Positions 19,582 to 28,313 of a DNA stretch of 64,000 nucleotides are shown in pieces. Every line of letters begins with the position of its first letter. Within the stretch, counting starts at the first letter, position 1. This DNA is from a virus, in IMG/VR virus record IMGVR_UViG_3300021376_000039, positions 7,627 to 71,626 of that record. The stretch is one strand, 5' to 3'. The position numbers were made by a program, and so were the translations under genes. The notes below the pieces were generated by a model that was not told where the DNA came from, searched no databases, and saw only the letters and a list, made by a program, of their open reading frames with translations.

Positions 19582-20170
19582 TTTCTAATAGTTGTTTAAA
19601 ATTTTTAAAATTAAAAGAAGGGTTAACGTCTTTATAATCAAAATTAAAATTACTTCTTGAAACTATACCTTTGAAGTATTCGACTCCATCAAATTTAACA
19701 TTATGTCCTATACATTCTTTTGGTATTTTGAATTTTTCACAAAGTTCATTAACCAATTGCGTTAGACTTTCCATTTGTTTTTTAGTATAAGTGTCCCAAA
19801 AAAAATAATCTCTCCATTTCCTCTCGTAAACTTCTTTTTTATAAATATCACCAATCCAATTAACGTACGTTTCATCCAATGGATTTTTTTTTAACCATCC
19901 GTTATTTTCTATACTAATAATTATTGAATTTTTATCTATGTCGATATCTTTCATAAACTCAGAGTATTTTTCAGGACTCATTATCTCGTACCTGTCTCCA
20001 TTTTTAGATATTACATAGTTTGGTAAGTAAGGATTTTTTTTATTATATCTGTACTTTAATGCGTTGATATAATTTTTATAATCTCTCCTGGTGTCTGCTA
20101 AAATAATTTGTTTTTTATTTTGGTTTACACCTTTTTCTTTAAAATCTGTTAATTCGTAAAGATTTCCCAT
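19571..20170 (-). CDS. N-acetylmuramoyl-L-alanine amidase (Amidase_2)-like protein
   Basis: KQIILADT..PNYVISKNG..SIIISIENNG..YTKKQMESL..L.EKFKIP..IGH..KDVNP; first Zn-binding His appears replaced. Confidence 0.7.
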   Translation of the reverse strand: MGNLYELTDFKEKGVNQNKKQIILADTRRDYKNYINALKYRYNKKNPYLPNYVISKNGDRYEIMSPEKYSEFMKDIDIDKNSIIISIENNGWLKKNPLDETYVNWIGDIYKKEVYERKWRDYFFWDTYTKKQMESLTQLVNELCEKFKIPKECIGHNVKFDGVEYFKGIVSRSNFNFDYKDVNPSFNFKNFKQLLENDK

Positions 20171-21347
20171 AACCGTCTCTATTAAGATATGATAATTTTT
20201 TAGGTTTAGATTCTTGTGTTTGGTTTTTCTCTACTACAAATTCTTCTATTTTTTCTTCTTCTTTATTTTCCTCTTTTTCTAATAATAAATTTTCTAATTT
20301 AAGTAATTCTTCTTCAGTTGGTTTTATTGGTGTTTCGTTTGTTATTTCTGATACTTTATAATTTTCATCTAAAACTTTTTCTAAGTATTCTAATAACTCC
20401 TGTGTTGGGTTTAATTTGTCTGATTCATCTACGTCAACTTGTTCGGTACTTGTTCGGTGCTCAGTCGGTACTTGTTCGGTAACTTGAGGGGTAACTTGAG
20501 GGGTAACTACTGTGTATTCAGGTGTATTTACGGTGTAATCATCTTTTTTTCTTTTTCCTTTAAATGCCTGGTTTGTTGCAATAACTAAAGTAATTGCCAA
20601 CGGATCGAATACGAAAATTAAAATCAATATAAATAAATTTGCAACTCTTTTAATATTCCATTCTAATAATTCACTAACATATTTTAAAGCACCTAATTCA
20701 CTTCCAGATATTTCCTCCGATTCCATATTCAAAATATCAACATCTAGTTTAGTTATACTATCATTCATATTATCTATTCTTTTTGCTATGGTATCTCGTC
20801 TTACTTGTGCTTGAGATAATTGAGTTTCAAATGACTTTCTATTGGCATTATTAGCCCTTGTGATTACTTGTCCTGTTTTATTATCTACAGATTGGGTGGT
20901 TGTGTTATTTGATAAACCATCTCTTAGTTTGGTTATATCTCCGTCTAATGTATTTTTTTCTTTAGTCAACTCGTCTTTGACTTCCTCAAATCTTTTCTTT
21001 TTTACTTCAATATTTTTGACTTGTTTTTCATTTATTTCAAGTTTTGCTATGTTGCCTTGAAATCCAGTACTCAACAACCCGTATATTCCAAGTGAGGTAA
21101 TCAGTGACAAAGTCACAAGTGCTATTGTTAAATATAACTTTAATACTCCGTAAGTTTCTTTCCATTTGTCATGTAAATATGTTGCAATAGCTATCTTAGA
21201 AATTTCAAGGAATGACCCCATTATTATAACCGGCAAAGCAACACCAACAAAGACTATCGATAAACCAACGACACTATAATATGCTGCCGTGCCCGATAAA
21301 CCTAAAGCACAAAACAATAAAAACCAGGGTAAAAATTTTTCTTTCAT
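20139..21347 (-). CDS. multi-TM coiled-coil membrane protein
   Basis: Three N-terminal TM helices, long coiled coil, further TM (IFVFDPLAI) and low-complexity tail. Confidence 0.75.
   Translation of the reverse strand: MKEKFLPWFLLFCALGLSGTAAYYSVVGLSIVFVGVALPVIIMGSFLEISKIAIATYLHDKWKETYGVLKLYLTIALVTLSLITSLGIYGLLSTGFQGNIAKLEINEKQVKNIEVKKKRFEEVKDELTKEKNTLDGDITKLRDGLSNNTTTQSVDNKTGQVITRANNANRKSFETQLSQAQVRRDTIAKRIDNMNDSITKLDVDILNMESEEISGSELGALKYVSELLEWNIKRVANLFILILIFVFDPLAITLVIATNQAFKGKRKKDDYTVNTPEYTVVTPQVTPQVTEQVPTEHRTSTEQVDVDESDKLNPTQELLEYLEKVLDENYKVSEITNETPIKPTEEELLKLENLLLEKEENKEEEKIEEFVVEKNQTQESKPKKLSYLNRDGYGKSLRINRF
20438..20510. repeat. degenerate 12-bp coding tandem repeat (VTPQ/VTEQ/TEQV)
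   Basis: gtaacttgaggg x2 and acttgttcggt variants. Confidence 0.6.
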
Positions 21348-21384
21348 AATATAATATTATAGTTAATAAATATTAAAGATAAAT

Positions 21385-21414
21385 AAAAAACCCTTCATTG
21401 GTACCAATGAAGGG
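21385..21414 (-). terminator. intrinsic terminator
   Basis: Perfect 24-bp palindrome CCCTTCATTGGTACCAATGAAGGG (21391-21414) followed by a T run on the minus strand. Confidence 0.75.
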
Positions 21415-21445
21415 GGTAGTTTCATTTTACCATATAAATAAAATT

Positions 21446-21514
21446 GGGGAATTTCACCCTGGTGTCTTCAGGCACCTTCCGCCGAGTTGTATGGGTAATC
21501 TCGGTTCAACCCAT
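21446..21514. ncRNA. candidate structured RNA with hairpin and H-type pseudoknot
   Basis: GC-rich intergenic island: GGTGTC-TTCA-GGCACC hairpin; CCGAG(21482)/CTCGG(21500) interleaved with ATGGGT(21491)/ACCCAT(21509). Confidence 0.45.
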
Positions 21515-21517
21515 TTT

Positions 21518-22057
21518 TTAAATATAAATGATTTTTATTTCATTGATGAATTTTTGTTCTAACCTTATTCTATTAGACTTTTTTTCTTCGTTTTTAGTTT
21601 TTAAAAATTCTCCGTCGTCTGAAAACGCAGAAGTAATAATACTAAAAAAATTACCTTTTTTTTTAAATAGTACTTCCATAAAATTAAATTTTTTGTTATC
21701 CTCATTTTCTTTTCTTCTGTGGACAAAAATAATTTGATTATTTTGTGGATTTTCTTTTTCGTATGAATCATAAATTTTTTCAACATTATTTGAAAATAAT
21801 GTTCTTATCATAGTATCAGGAACTGCAAGTCTTGGTTCAATAGCAAATTTAGATTTTCTAGTGTCTAAAAATTCTTGGTATTTATCTACTATTTCATCAT
21901 ACGTATCACCTCCGAACCTTTCTTTTCTTTGGTGGTATGTTGATTTAAGCTGTATTAATTTATTATCTATAACTTTTGAAAATAGGGTGGTTCCGTCGGA
22001 TTCTCTTCTTCCCGTTTCGTTAATGATTAAATTCTTCAACTGGTTTAATAACTTCAT
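21518..22057 (-). CDS. hypothetical protein, possible BECR/RelE-like RNase fold
   Basis: Start MKLLNQLKNLIINE after TATTTATA; STYHQRKER helix motif and terminal FSIITSA strand. Confidence 0.55.
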   Translation of the reverse strand: MKLLNQLKNLIINETGRRESDGTTLFSKVIDNKLIQLKSTYHQRKERFGGDTYDEIVDKYQEFLDTRKSKFAIEPRLAVPDTMIRTLFSNNVEKIYDSYEKENPQNNQIIFVHRRKENEDNKKFNFMEVLFKKKGNFFSIITSAFSDDGEFLKTKNEEKKSNRIRLEQKFINEIKIIYI

Positions 22058-22070
22058 ATCATATAAATAC

Positions 22071-22098
22071 AAAAAGGGTGAGAAAAACCCACCCTTTT
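22071..22098 (-). terminator. intrinsic terminator
   Basis: Minus strand GGGTGGG-TTTTT-CTCACCC followed by TTTTT. Confidence 0.7.
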
Positions 22099-22218
22099 AA
22101 ATTTTTTCGGTACGATTCGAGGATTTTAAACCCGACACACTAACCGCGGCGTCTCGACGACTTACGACCCCAGGAGTAAGTTTCCCGACAAACGTTTAGT
22201 TAACTGTCAACGTTTGTG
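22099..22218 (-). ncRNA. candidate standalone small non-coding RNA (~120-145 nt)
   Basis: GC-rich gap with no plausible ORF, bounded by a consensus promoter and a terminator. Stems ACAAACGTT/AACGTTTGT, ACTTAC/GTAAGT, CGT-CGAG-ACG and CGGT..ACCG. Confidence 0.6.
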
Positions 22219-22221
22219 ATA

Positions 22222-22253
22222 CAAATATATGGTGATTTTTTGTATTATCCAAA
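22222..22253 (-). promoter_or_regulatory. Bacteroidota-type promoter
   Basis: Minus strand TTTG-N20-TATATTTG. Confidence 0.72.
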
Positions 22254-22260
22254 TTTTTTA

Positions 22261-23076
22261 TCATAAATATTCAAATAAATCTGAACATTCGTTTCTTAGT
22301 TTGCGTAAAGCTTTTTCTTTAATTTGTCTTACACGCTCCTTTGTCAAACTAAAATCAGAACCAATATCCTCAAGAGTTCTTGGTGTCCCTGAAATACCGT
22401 AGTAATCCTCAACAATAAGTCTCTCTCTTTCATCCAAGATTGACATGATATTCATCATTTTTTCTTTTAAAGCGTCTTTAGTGGAAAAAACTTCATCAGG
22501 TGAATCAACATTGTCATTTTTAATAACATCAATAAGGGTATCACCATCTTCATTAATATGCATATCTAAATCTATGATTTTAGGTAATGTTGCAAATTTA
22601 TCAGACAACTCTTTATTAGTCTTTTCATTTTCCTTTTTTTCTTTGTACATATCTTGTACAACATTTACGGGGAGTCTAATTGTTCTTGAATTTTCATTAA
22701 GAGACTGTAGAATAGATTGTTTAATCCACCAAACAGCATAAGATATAAATCTATTGTTTTTAGTCCAATCAAAGTTTTTAATGGCTTTCATTAACCCAAA
22801 GTTACCTTCAGCAATTAAATCTGCCAAATCTATTCCTTGATTTTGATATTGTTTTGCGACTGTTATAACAAATCTTAAATTACCTTCAAGTAATTCTTTA
22901 TAGATATGTTCTCTTTCTTTTTCGCTACAATCGTTAGATGTAATGCGTTGTGATAAAGTTTTCTCTCTCTCGGGAGTCATAACTTTATATTTTCTAATTT
23001 CTTTTAAATAGATTTGAATCTCATCTTGATTGAGTGGGTTTGACGACTTAATGTCCTCCATCTTTTCTCTTTCCAT
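22261..23076 (-). CDS. RNA polymerase sigma70-family factor (RpoD/SigA-like)
   Basis: Region 2 NLRFVITVAKQY..DLIAEGNFGLMKAI..RFISYAVWWIKQSI; region 4 RTLEDIG..LTKERVRQIKEKALRKLR. Confidence 0.92.
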   Translation of the reverse strand: MEREKMEDIKSSNPLNQDEIQIYLKEIRKYKVMTPEREKTLSQRITSNDCSEKEREHIYKELLEGNLRFVITVAKQYQNQGIDLADLIAEGNFGLMKAIKNFDWTKNNRFISYAVWWIKQSILQSLNENSRTIRLPVNVVQDMYKEKKENEKTNKELSDKFATLPKIIDLDMHINEDGDTLIDVIKNDNVDSPDEVFSTKDALKEKMMNIMSILDERERLIVEDYYGISGTPRTLEDIGSDFSLTKERVRQIKEKALRKLRNECSDLFEYL

Positions 23077-23629
23077 AATTGTCTAAAATCTCTTTTTCTT
23101 GCTCTGTTAATGAATTTATTCCTTTCTCTGATATTTTGTCTAATATTTCATCTACCGTTGGTATCTCTTCCGGTTCTTTTTTCATAACCATCTGATTGAA
23201 GTCCGCAGGTAAAAGAAACTCAAACGTAAAATTTTTTAATTCTTCTCTTCTTTCTTTTAATTTTAATTCTACATTAATTTCTCCTGTTTTACTTTGTTCT
23301 TTTTTTATTTCTCCGTCTATATTTAAAAAATCTTTCTTAAGTTTTCTAGGCATCTTTATGTCAATATTTTTTGTTGCCTCCATTAAAAAATACTGTTCAG
23401 TTATTTCAGACATTGTCATGTCAATGTATTCCTTTAAGTCTGAGAATAATTCTTTACTTCTAAAATGAAATACAACCCCATACTCACCATGTGTGAATTT
23501 TAAAAAGGGGGAACTAACGATTGTTAAAAGTTGTGAGGACAAATTTGTTGCCAAATTTTCTTGTTCATCAAAATCACCAAATATAAATAACATATAAGAG
23601 GGATCTTTTTTTGGTTGTTTTTTACGCAT
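23048..23629 (-). CDS. hypothetical protein with C-terminal DUF6576-like tail
   Basis: VDEILDKISEKGINSLTEQEKEILD tail; start reassigned to MRKKQ, downstream of the promoter. Confidence 0.65.
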   Translation of the reverse strand: MRKKQPKKDPSYMLFIFGDFDEQENLATNLSSQLLTIVSSPFLKFTHGEYGVVFHFRSKELFSDLKEYIDMTMSEITEQYFLMEATKNIDIKMPRKLKKDFLNIDGEIKKEQSKTGEINVELKLKERREELKNFTFEFLLPADFNQMVMKKEPEEIPTVDEILDKISEKGINSLTEQEKEILDNYGKRKDGGH

Positions 23630-23652
23630 CAATTTGTTTTTAATATATAATA

Positions 23653-23683
23653 CAAAGTTATAAATTTTTTCACTAACACCAAA
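23653..23683 (-). promoter_or_regulatory. Bacteroidota-type promoter
   Basis: Minus strand TTTG-N19-TAACTTTG upstream of the hypothetical and sigma genes. Confidence 0.7.
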
Positions 23684-23704
23684 CATAATTCATTAATAAA
23701 TATT

Positions 23705-24604
23705 TTATTTAAGTGTTTTATTGTTTTTTCTTTTTAGTAAAGCGTCTTCTTTAGATAGAATAAACTTAACTTTTGGGTTTGGTTCTTCTTCTGTATATGG
23801 TAATAAATTATCTACTCTTTTTTTAGATAAATCAACATACTCTTCATTTAAATCTATACCAATATAATTTCTATTATTAAGTTTAGCCATCTTTAAAGTA
23901 GTACCACTACCACACATTGGATCTAAAACTAAATCTCCTTCATTACTCCAAGATAGGATATGATCCTCAGCTAAAGATTCAGGAAATATTGCCGGATGTT
24001 GGAAAGCTAAATCGTCTTTACTTGAAAACCCTTTTCCGTTGTTTATATACCAAACATTATATCTTGTCCCAAACTCGGACACAACAAACTTATCCACCTT
24101 TTTAAGATTTCCATCTTTTTCTCTTTTTGACGGATCCCCAAAGTTACTATGTCCTGCCCATCTGTTAGGTTTGTCTTTAAGTAGATTAACAGTTTTAGGT
24201 TTACCTTTTGATAGGATGAACATGTATTCAAATACTTGAGAATACCTACCTGTTTCAGGAAAGGGGGCACCATTCTTATGGTAAATCATAGTATCGTATA
24301 AGGTAAAACCAATATCCATAAATTTAAGTGCTTGTCTGAATGAACTTCCCGTTTCACCACCATTTTTCACCTGATCATTAACAACCCAAACAACTACACC
24401 GCCTTTTTTAGTGACTCGATATAATTCTTTAGCCATCTCAACAAATGGGAATGAAAAACCATCCTCATATGTTACCTCATCTTTTATTTTACCATTGTAA
24501 GTTCTTAAATTATCATATGGTGGGGATGTTACAGTTAAATCAAATGTATTTTCTTCGTAAGTTTTTAATACTTCAACAGCGTTGCCCAATATTACTTCAT
24601 TCAT
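23705..24604 (-). CDS. beta-class N4C/N6A DNA methyltransferase
   Basis: TSPPY, HPAIFP and DPMCGSGT motifs. Confidence 0.92.
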   Translation of the reverse strand: MNEVILGNAVEVLKTYEENTFDLTVTSPPYDNLRTYNGKIKDEVTYEDGFSFPFVEMAKELYRVTKKGGVVVWVVNDQVKNGGETGSSFRQALKFMDIGFTLYDTMIYHKNGAPFPETGRYSQVFEYMFILSKGKPKTVNLLKDKPNRWAGHSNFGDPSKREKDGNLKKVDKFVVSEFGTRYNVWYINNGKGFSSKDDLAFQHPAIFPESLAEDHILSWSNEGDLVLDPMCGSGTTLKMAKLNNRNYIGIDLNEEYVDLSKKRVDNLLPYTEEEPNPKVKFILSKEDALLKRKNNKTLK

Positions 24605-25290
24605 ATTTTTTCAAAAATTATCTTTTTATTAACTTTATTTTTTTTGAGTTTACCACAAATAATATTCTCATCATGATTATCTTTTGATGATAACTTCAAT
24701 GAAGTGAAGCTACTTGATTTTTTTGGTTCTCCTTTCCATTCTGTTTTTTCTAAATTAATCATCATAGCGAACAAACCATCAATATATTTTTCATTTACTA
24801 TTACTTTTTTATTTCTGTTAACTTTTAAGGAAATTAAAAGATAAGTATTAGCCTTTGATGTTGTATGTGTAGCACCAGTAAACCCTGTATCACTTTGTGT
24901 TACTTTTATTTCTATGATTACAATATTACCATTAAACTCAAATATAGCATCGAAAGATTTACCTTCTACTTCATCATTATTTGTTACTTCAGTAATTTTA
25001 AGTACTTTAATATTTGCATCTTTATATAAAGATAAAATTTTATTAAACCTATAAACTAAAAATGATTTAACACCATCATAAGACAACCTAGTGGTTGTTA
25101 ATACTGTGTGTTGTTTTGTATCATCTTCAACGTCTTTAACCCATTCATTTATTGTTAAACCTTCTCTATTTGCAATAGGGAATATGGTTAAAGGAATTTC
25201 GTTATTGATATAATCAACAAGGTGTTTAGCAAACCCAAGTTTTTTTAAATGAATAACTAAATCCCTAACCAAAATTTTCTTATTTGTCAT
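24601..25290 (-). CDS. putative type II restriction endonuclease (PD-(D/E)xK)
   Basis: SFDAIF...IIEIKVT motif; ATGA overlap with the methyltransferase; TATATTTG at 25307-25314 upstream. Confidence 0.55.
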   Translation of the reverse strand: MTNKKILVRDLVIHLKKLGFAKHLVDYINNEIPLTIFPIANREGLTINEWVKDVEDDTKQHTVLTTTRLSYDGVKSFLVYRFNKILSLYKDANIKVLKITEVTNNDEVEGKSFDAIFEFNGNIVIIEIKVTQSDTGFTGATHTTSKANTYLLISLKVNRNKKVIVNEKYIDGLFAMMINLEKTEWKGEPKKSSSFTSLKLSSKDNHDENIICGKLKKNKVNKKIIFEKI

Positions 25291-25341
25291 TTTACACTTA
25301 TTTATACAAATATAAGAATAAAATTCTAATTGGTCACTAGT

Positions 25342-27675
25342 TTATTGAAAAACTTTTGATATATTATCTTCTTTCACTATTTTGATAGTGTTATCCCCCC
25401 AAGTATTAACAATTGTAGAGTGACTTATAATTAATATTGTCGGGAAAAAGTCTTTAATTGCCGTAAAGAAATTGTGTACCATATCTAAATTTTCATTTGA
25501 TATTTTTCCAAACACCTCATCAAAAACAATAATGTTGGGACGAGGAAGGCTACATATCTTACTCAATACTGATCTTAAAGCGAGTGATGCGATTGTTCTT
25601 TCATATCCACTTCCTGATGACATTAATTTTTCAATTCCTGTACCGTTATCTATCATAGTAAATTCAACTTCATTTTTATCGTTAATTTGAATTTGTAGTT
25701 TGAAATAAGCACTTTCTTCCATTAATCTTTGAAGTTCAGAATTAATAAGTGGTATCATGGTTTTCATTATTATTTTAGAAATACCGTTTTTACCATAAGC
25801 CTCCAAATATATTTTATATATTTTTTCTTTTTCTTGTTCTTCAGAAATTTTAATAATGTTATTTAGGTTTGTTTTAATTTTTTCTTCTAAAGTTTTGATA
25901 GAATACTCGTCACTATTAATCTGATTTTGTTTTTGTGTTTTTTGTCTATCAAGTTCTTCAAGTCTCAAATTAGCCTTTATTAACATAGAATCAATATGTT
26001 CATTTGCTTTAATCTTATCAAGCATCTTATCATATTCGGTTAACTTAGTTTGAAGTCCTCCTATTTTTAACTGGTAATTTTCAATAGTTGCTTCGTGTTT
26101 TTCCTTGATAAGTTTGTTTTTTTCATACTCATCGAACTGTCTTTTAATCTCAACGAATCCCTTATCTTTGCCTGTTAAAACAGTCATTAATCCTTCTTTT
26201 TCCTCTTTTTGCCTAATATAACCATCAAGTTCTGATATTTTTAATTGTGTTATACTAGCATTCATCAAGTCAATTCCACAATGTTCGCATTTGATGCCAC
26301 CTTTAACTTCAGATTTCAATTTTTCAATCTCAGATATTTTAGTATCCAATTGAACCTTCTCTTTAAATACGTTGTTATATTCTTCTTTTACTTTATCGTG
26401 TTCATCTTCTTTGTAGAATTCTTTTGGTTCAACGACATTGAGCTCGTTAAGTTTCAATCTTGTTTGTTCGATTTGAAACTCATGTCCTTCAATCTCTTGT
26501 TTCACTTGACTTGGGTTCATTCTACTTAACTCAACATCAATATCGGTATGTTTTTTTCTTAACATATCATCACGATAATCCCTACCCTTTGTTAGATTTG
26601 TATCGATATTTATCAATTCAAGTCTATACGTTTCAATGTTAGATTTTAGTTCAGTTATTTTTGTTTCACTGTTTTCGTTATCTGTTTTTAATTGTTCAGT
26701 GTTATAGATGTTTGATAACATTGATTTTGAAAAGTCAGAATATATTGATTTTGCGACTTCTTCTTTTCTTCTTAAAAAATCAAGACCCATAAATCTTGAA
26801 AGTACCTGACCTCTCGCAGTTGGTTTTGAATCGATTAACTCTTCAAGGTTTGTTGCGGTAGTTAATATAGTCATCAAGAAATCCTCTTTTGTTCCGATAG
26901 ATTCTTTAATGAACTTTTCAGTTTCTCTTCTTTGTTCTCCTGTGAAGTTTTGAAGTGTTCCGTCTGATAGTTTTTTAAAGAAGTCTAGCTCTGTTTTAAC
27001 ATTCCACTCGCCTTTTTTAGATAACTTTCTTTCGATATTTCTAATAATAATATATTCTTCACCATCGATAACAATTTCACCCTTAACAGTTACTTTATCT
27101 TTATCAGTAAATCTGTTAAAGATTTCTTCAGCCTTTGTTGTTTTTGTTGTTTCATTGAAGAATAAAAACAAAAGTAAATCCACCGATAAAACAGTTTTAC
27201 CCCCAAAGTTAGGTGGGTTTGATTCGATAACTGTCAGTCCATTTGTTTTTTCAAAATCAACTTTTTGGTTTTCACCATAAGAAAGAAAATTTGAGAACTC
27301 GATATTTTTTATAAACCACTTCTTAAAAACTGCGTTCTCCGTTTCGGTTTCTTGCATTTTGTTTTCAACCATTTTATTATGGTTTAAAATTGCATCCAAA
27401 TGTTTGTCATAGTTTTTACCAGTAATAAACTGTTTGAGTAGCTCAATTTGGTAATTTGTGTCCATTATATTCACAGAGACATCAACTGTTTGTTCACCCT
27501 CTTCTTTTTCGATTTTAACCTTTGTTATTACATTGACATTTGTTGTGTTATACTTTTTTTGAAAGTAATGTTTAACACTCTTAATCTTATCTTGGGTAAA
27601 ATTTTCATTATTGTCTTCCCAAACAACTTGGATTGTTGGGTTATCAAACTTTGAAAAATCTAAATCTTTTGTCAT
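25342..27675 (-). CDS. SbcC/Rad50/gp46-like SMC ATPase
   Basis: IEFSNFLSYG, NFGGKT Walker A, coiled coils with CEHC zinc hook, GSGYE signature, IIVFDEVFG Walker B. Probable start MTKDLDF. Confidence 0.88.
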   Translation of the reverse strand: MTKDLDFSKFDNPTIQVVWEDNNENFTQDKIKSVKHYFQKKYNTTNVNVITKVKIEKEEGEQTVDVSVNIMDTNYQIELLKQFITGKNYDKHLDAILNHNKMVENKMQETETENAVFKKWFIKNIEFSNFLSYGENQKVDFEKTNGLTVIESNPPNFGGKTVLSVDLLLFLFFNETTKTTKAEEIFNRFTDKDKVTVKGEIVIDGEEYIIIRNIERKLSKKGEWNVKTELDFFKKLSDGTLQNFTGEQRRETEKFIKESIGTKEDFLMTILTTATNLEELIDSKPTARGQVLSRFMGLDFLRRKEEVAKSIYSDFSKSMLSNIYNTEQLKTDNENSETKITELKSNIETYRLELINIDTNLTKGRDYRDDMLRKKHTDIDVELSRMNPSQVKQEIEGHEFQIEQTRLKLNELNVVEPKEFYKEDEHDKVKEEYNNVFKEKVQLDTKISEIEKLKSEVKGGIKCEHCGIDLMNASITQLKISELDGYIRQKEEKEGLMTVLTGKDKGFVEIKRQFDEYEKNKLIKEKHEATIENYQLKIGGLQTKLTEYDKMLDKIKANEHIDSMLIKANLRLEELDRQKTQKQNQINSDEYSIKTLEEKIKTNLNNIIKISEEQEKEKIYKIYLEAYGKNGISKIIMKTMIPLINSELQRLMEESAYFKLQIQINDKNEVEFTMIDNGTGIEKLMSSGSGYERTIASLALRSVLSKICSLPRPNIIVFDEVFGKISNENLDMVHNFFTAIKDFFPTILIISHSTIVNTWGDNTIKIVKEDNISKVFQ

Positions 27676-27694
27676 TATACTATAATTAAACGGT

Positions 27695-27949
27695 TTACTC
27701 TCCTTGAATAGGTTCAGTTGATTCGAATCCTTCTTGTGTTGTTTCTCCTTGTATGTTTTCCTCATCTTGTAATAATCCTGTTAATCCTGACATTGTGTCT
27801 CCTGACATCGACGCAAATTGTTCTTTCATTTTTTCCATTTGTTCTTCAAATGCCGCCTGCCAAAGTTTTTGCATTCTTTTTTCTTGTACTTTCAGATTGG
27901 CGTTTCTTTTCGCCACTTTTGCTCTATGAGCCTTTGCTGCTTTTCCCAT
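27695..27949 (-). CDS. small basic protein
   Basis: MGKAAKAHRAKVAKRN N-terminus. Confidence 0.6.
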   Translation of the reverse strand: MGKAAKAHRAKVAKRNANLKVQEKRMQKLWQAAFEEQMEKMKEQFASMSGDTMSGLTGLLQDEENIQGETTQEGFESTEPIQGE

Positions 27950-27961
27950 TATTAGTTATTA

Positions 27962-28312
27962 TTACTTGTTATTACTTGGTCGATTTTCTTCAAACCATTC
28001 TATTATTGCATTTATTGCCCATACAAAACCGGCAGATAACATACCATCAAAGAATACGGATAAAATTTTATTAAGTCCAATAATATCTGAGTTTGGTGAG
28101 AAGTATGCTAAAGATAAAAAGAATCCAACCCAAGTTGATGTGCATAGTACGCAAGATATAAGATCTGATAAAAACTTCCCAAAAAAGTTAAATGGTGCGT
28201 ATTCATTATTACCCCAATTATGGATTTTTTGCCTTAATCCGTTAAATATTGATCCGTAAACCAAAATGTTTGTCATTCCATAGGCAACTATTGCCCAAAT
28301 TAATAAATTCAT
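27962..28312 (-). CDS. DUF1360-like membrane protein with CxxC
   Basis: TM helices with LISCVLCTSTWVG. Confidence 0.65.
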   Translation of the reverse strand: MNLLIWAIVAYGMTNILVYGSIFNGLRQKIHNWGNNEYAPFNFFGKFLSDLISCVLCTSTWVGFFLSLAYFSPNSDIIGLNKILSVFFDGMLSAGFVWAINAIIEWFEENRPSNNK

Positions 28313-28313
28313 A

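Noticed and set aside
21446-21480. Hammerhead ribozyme (minus strand contains CTGAAGA...GAAA)
   Set aside because: Stem II does not close properly, and there is no correctly placed UH cleavage site or stem I.
21480-21514. tRNA (GGTTCAA resembles a T-loop)
   Set aside because: No acceptor stem, D arm or anticodon arm can be built.
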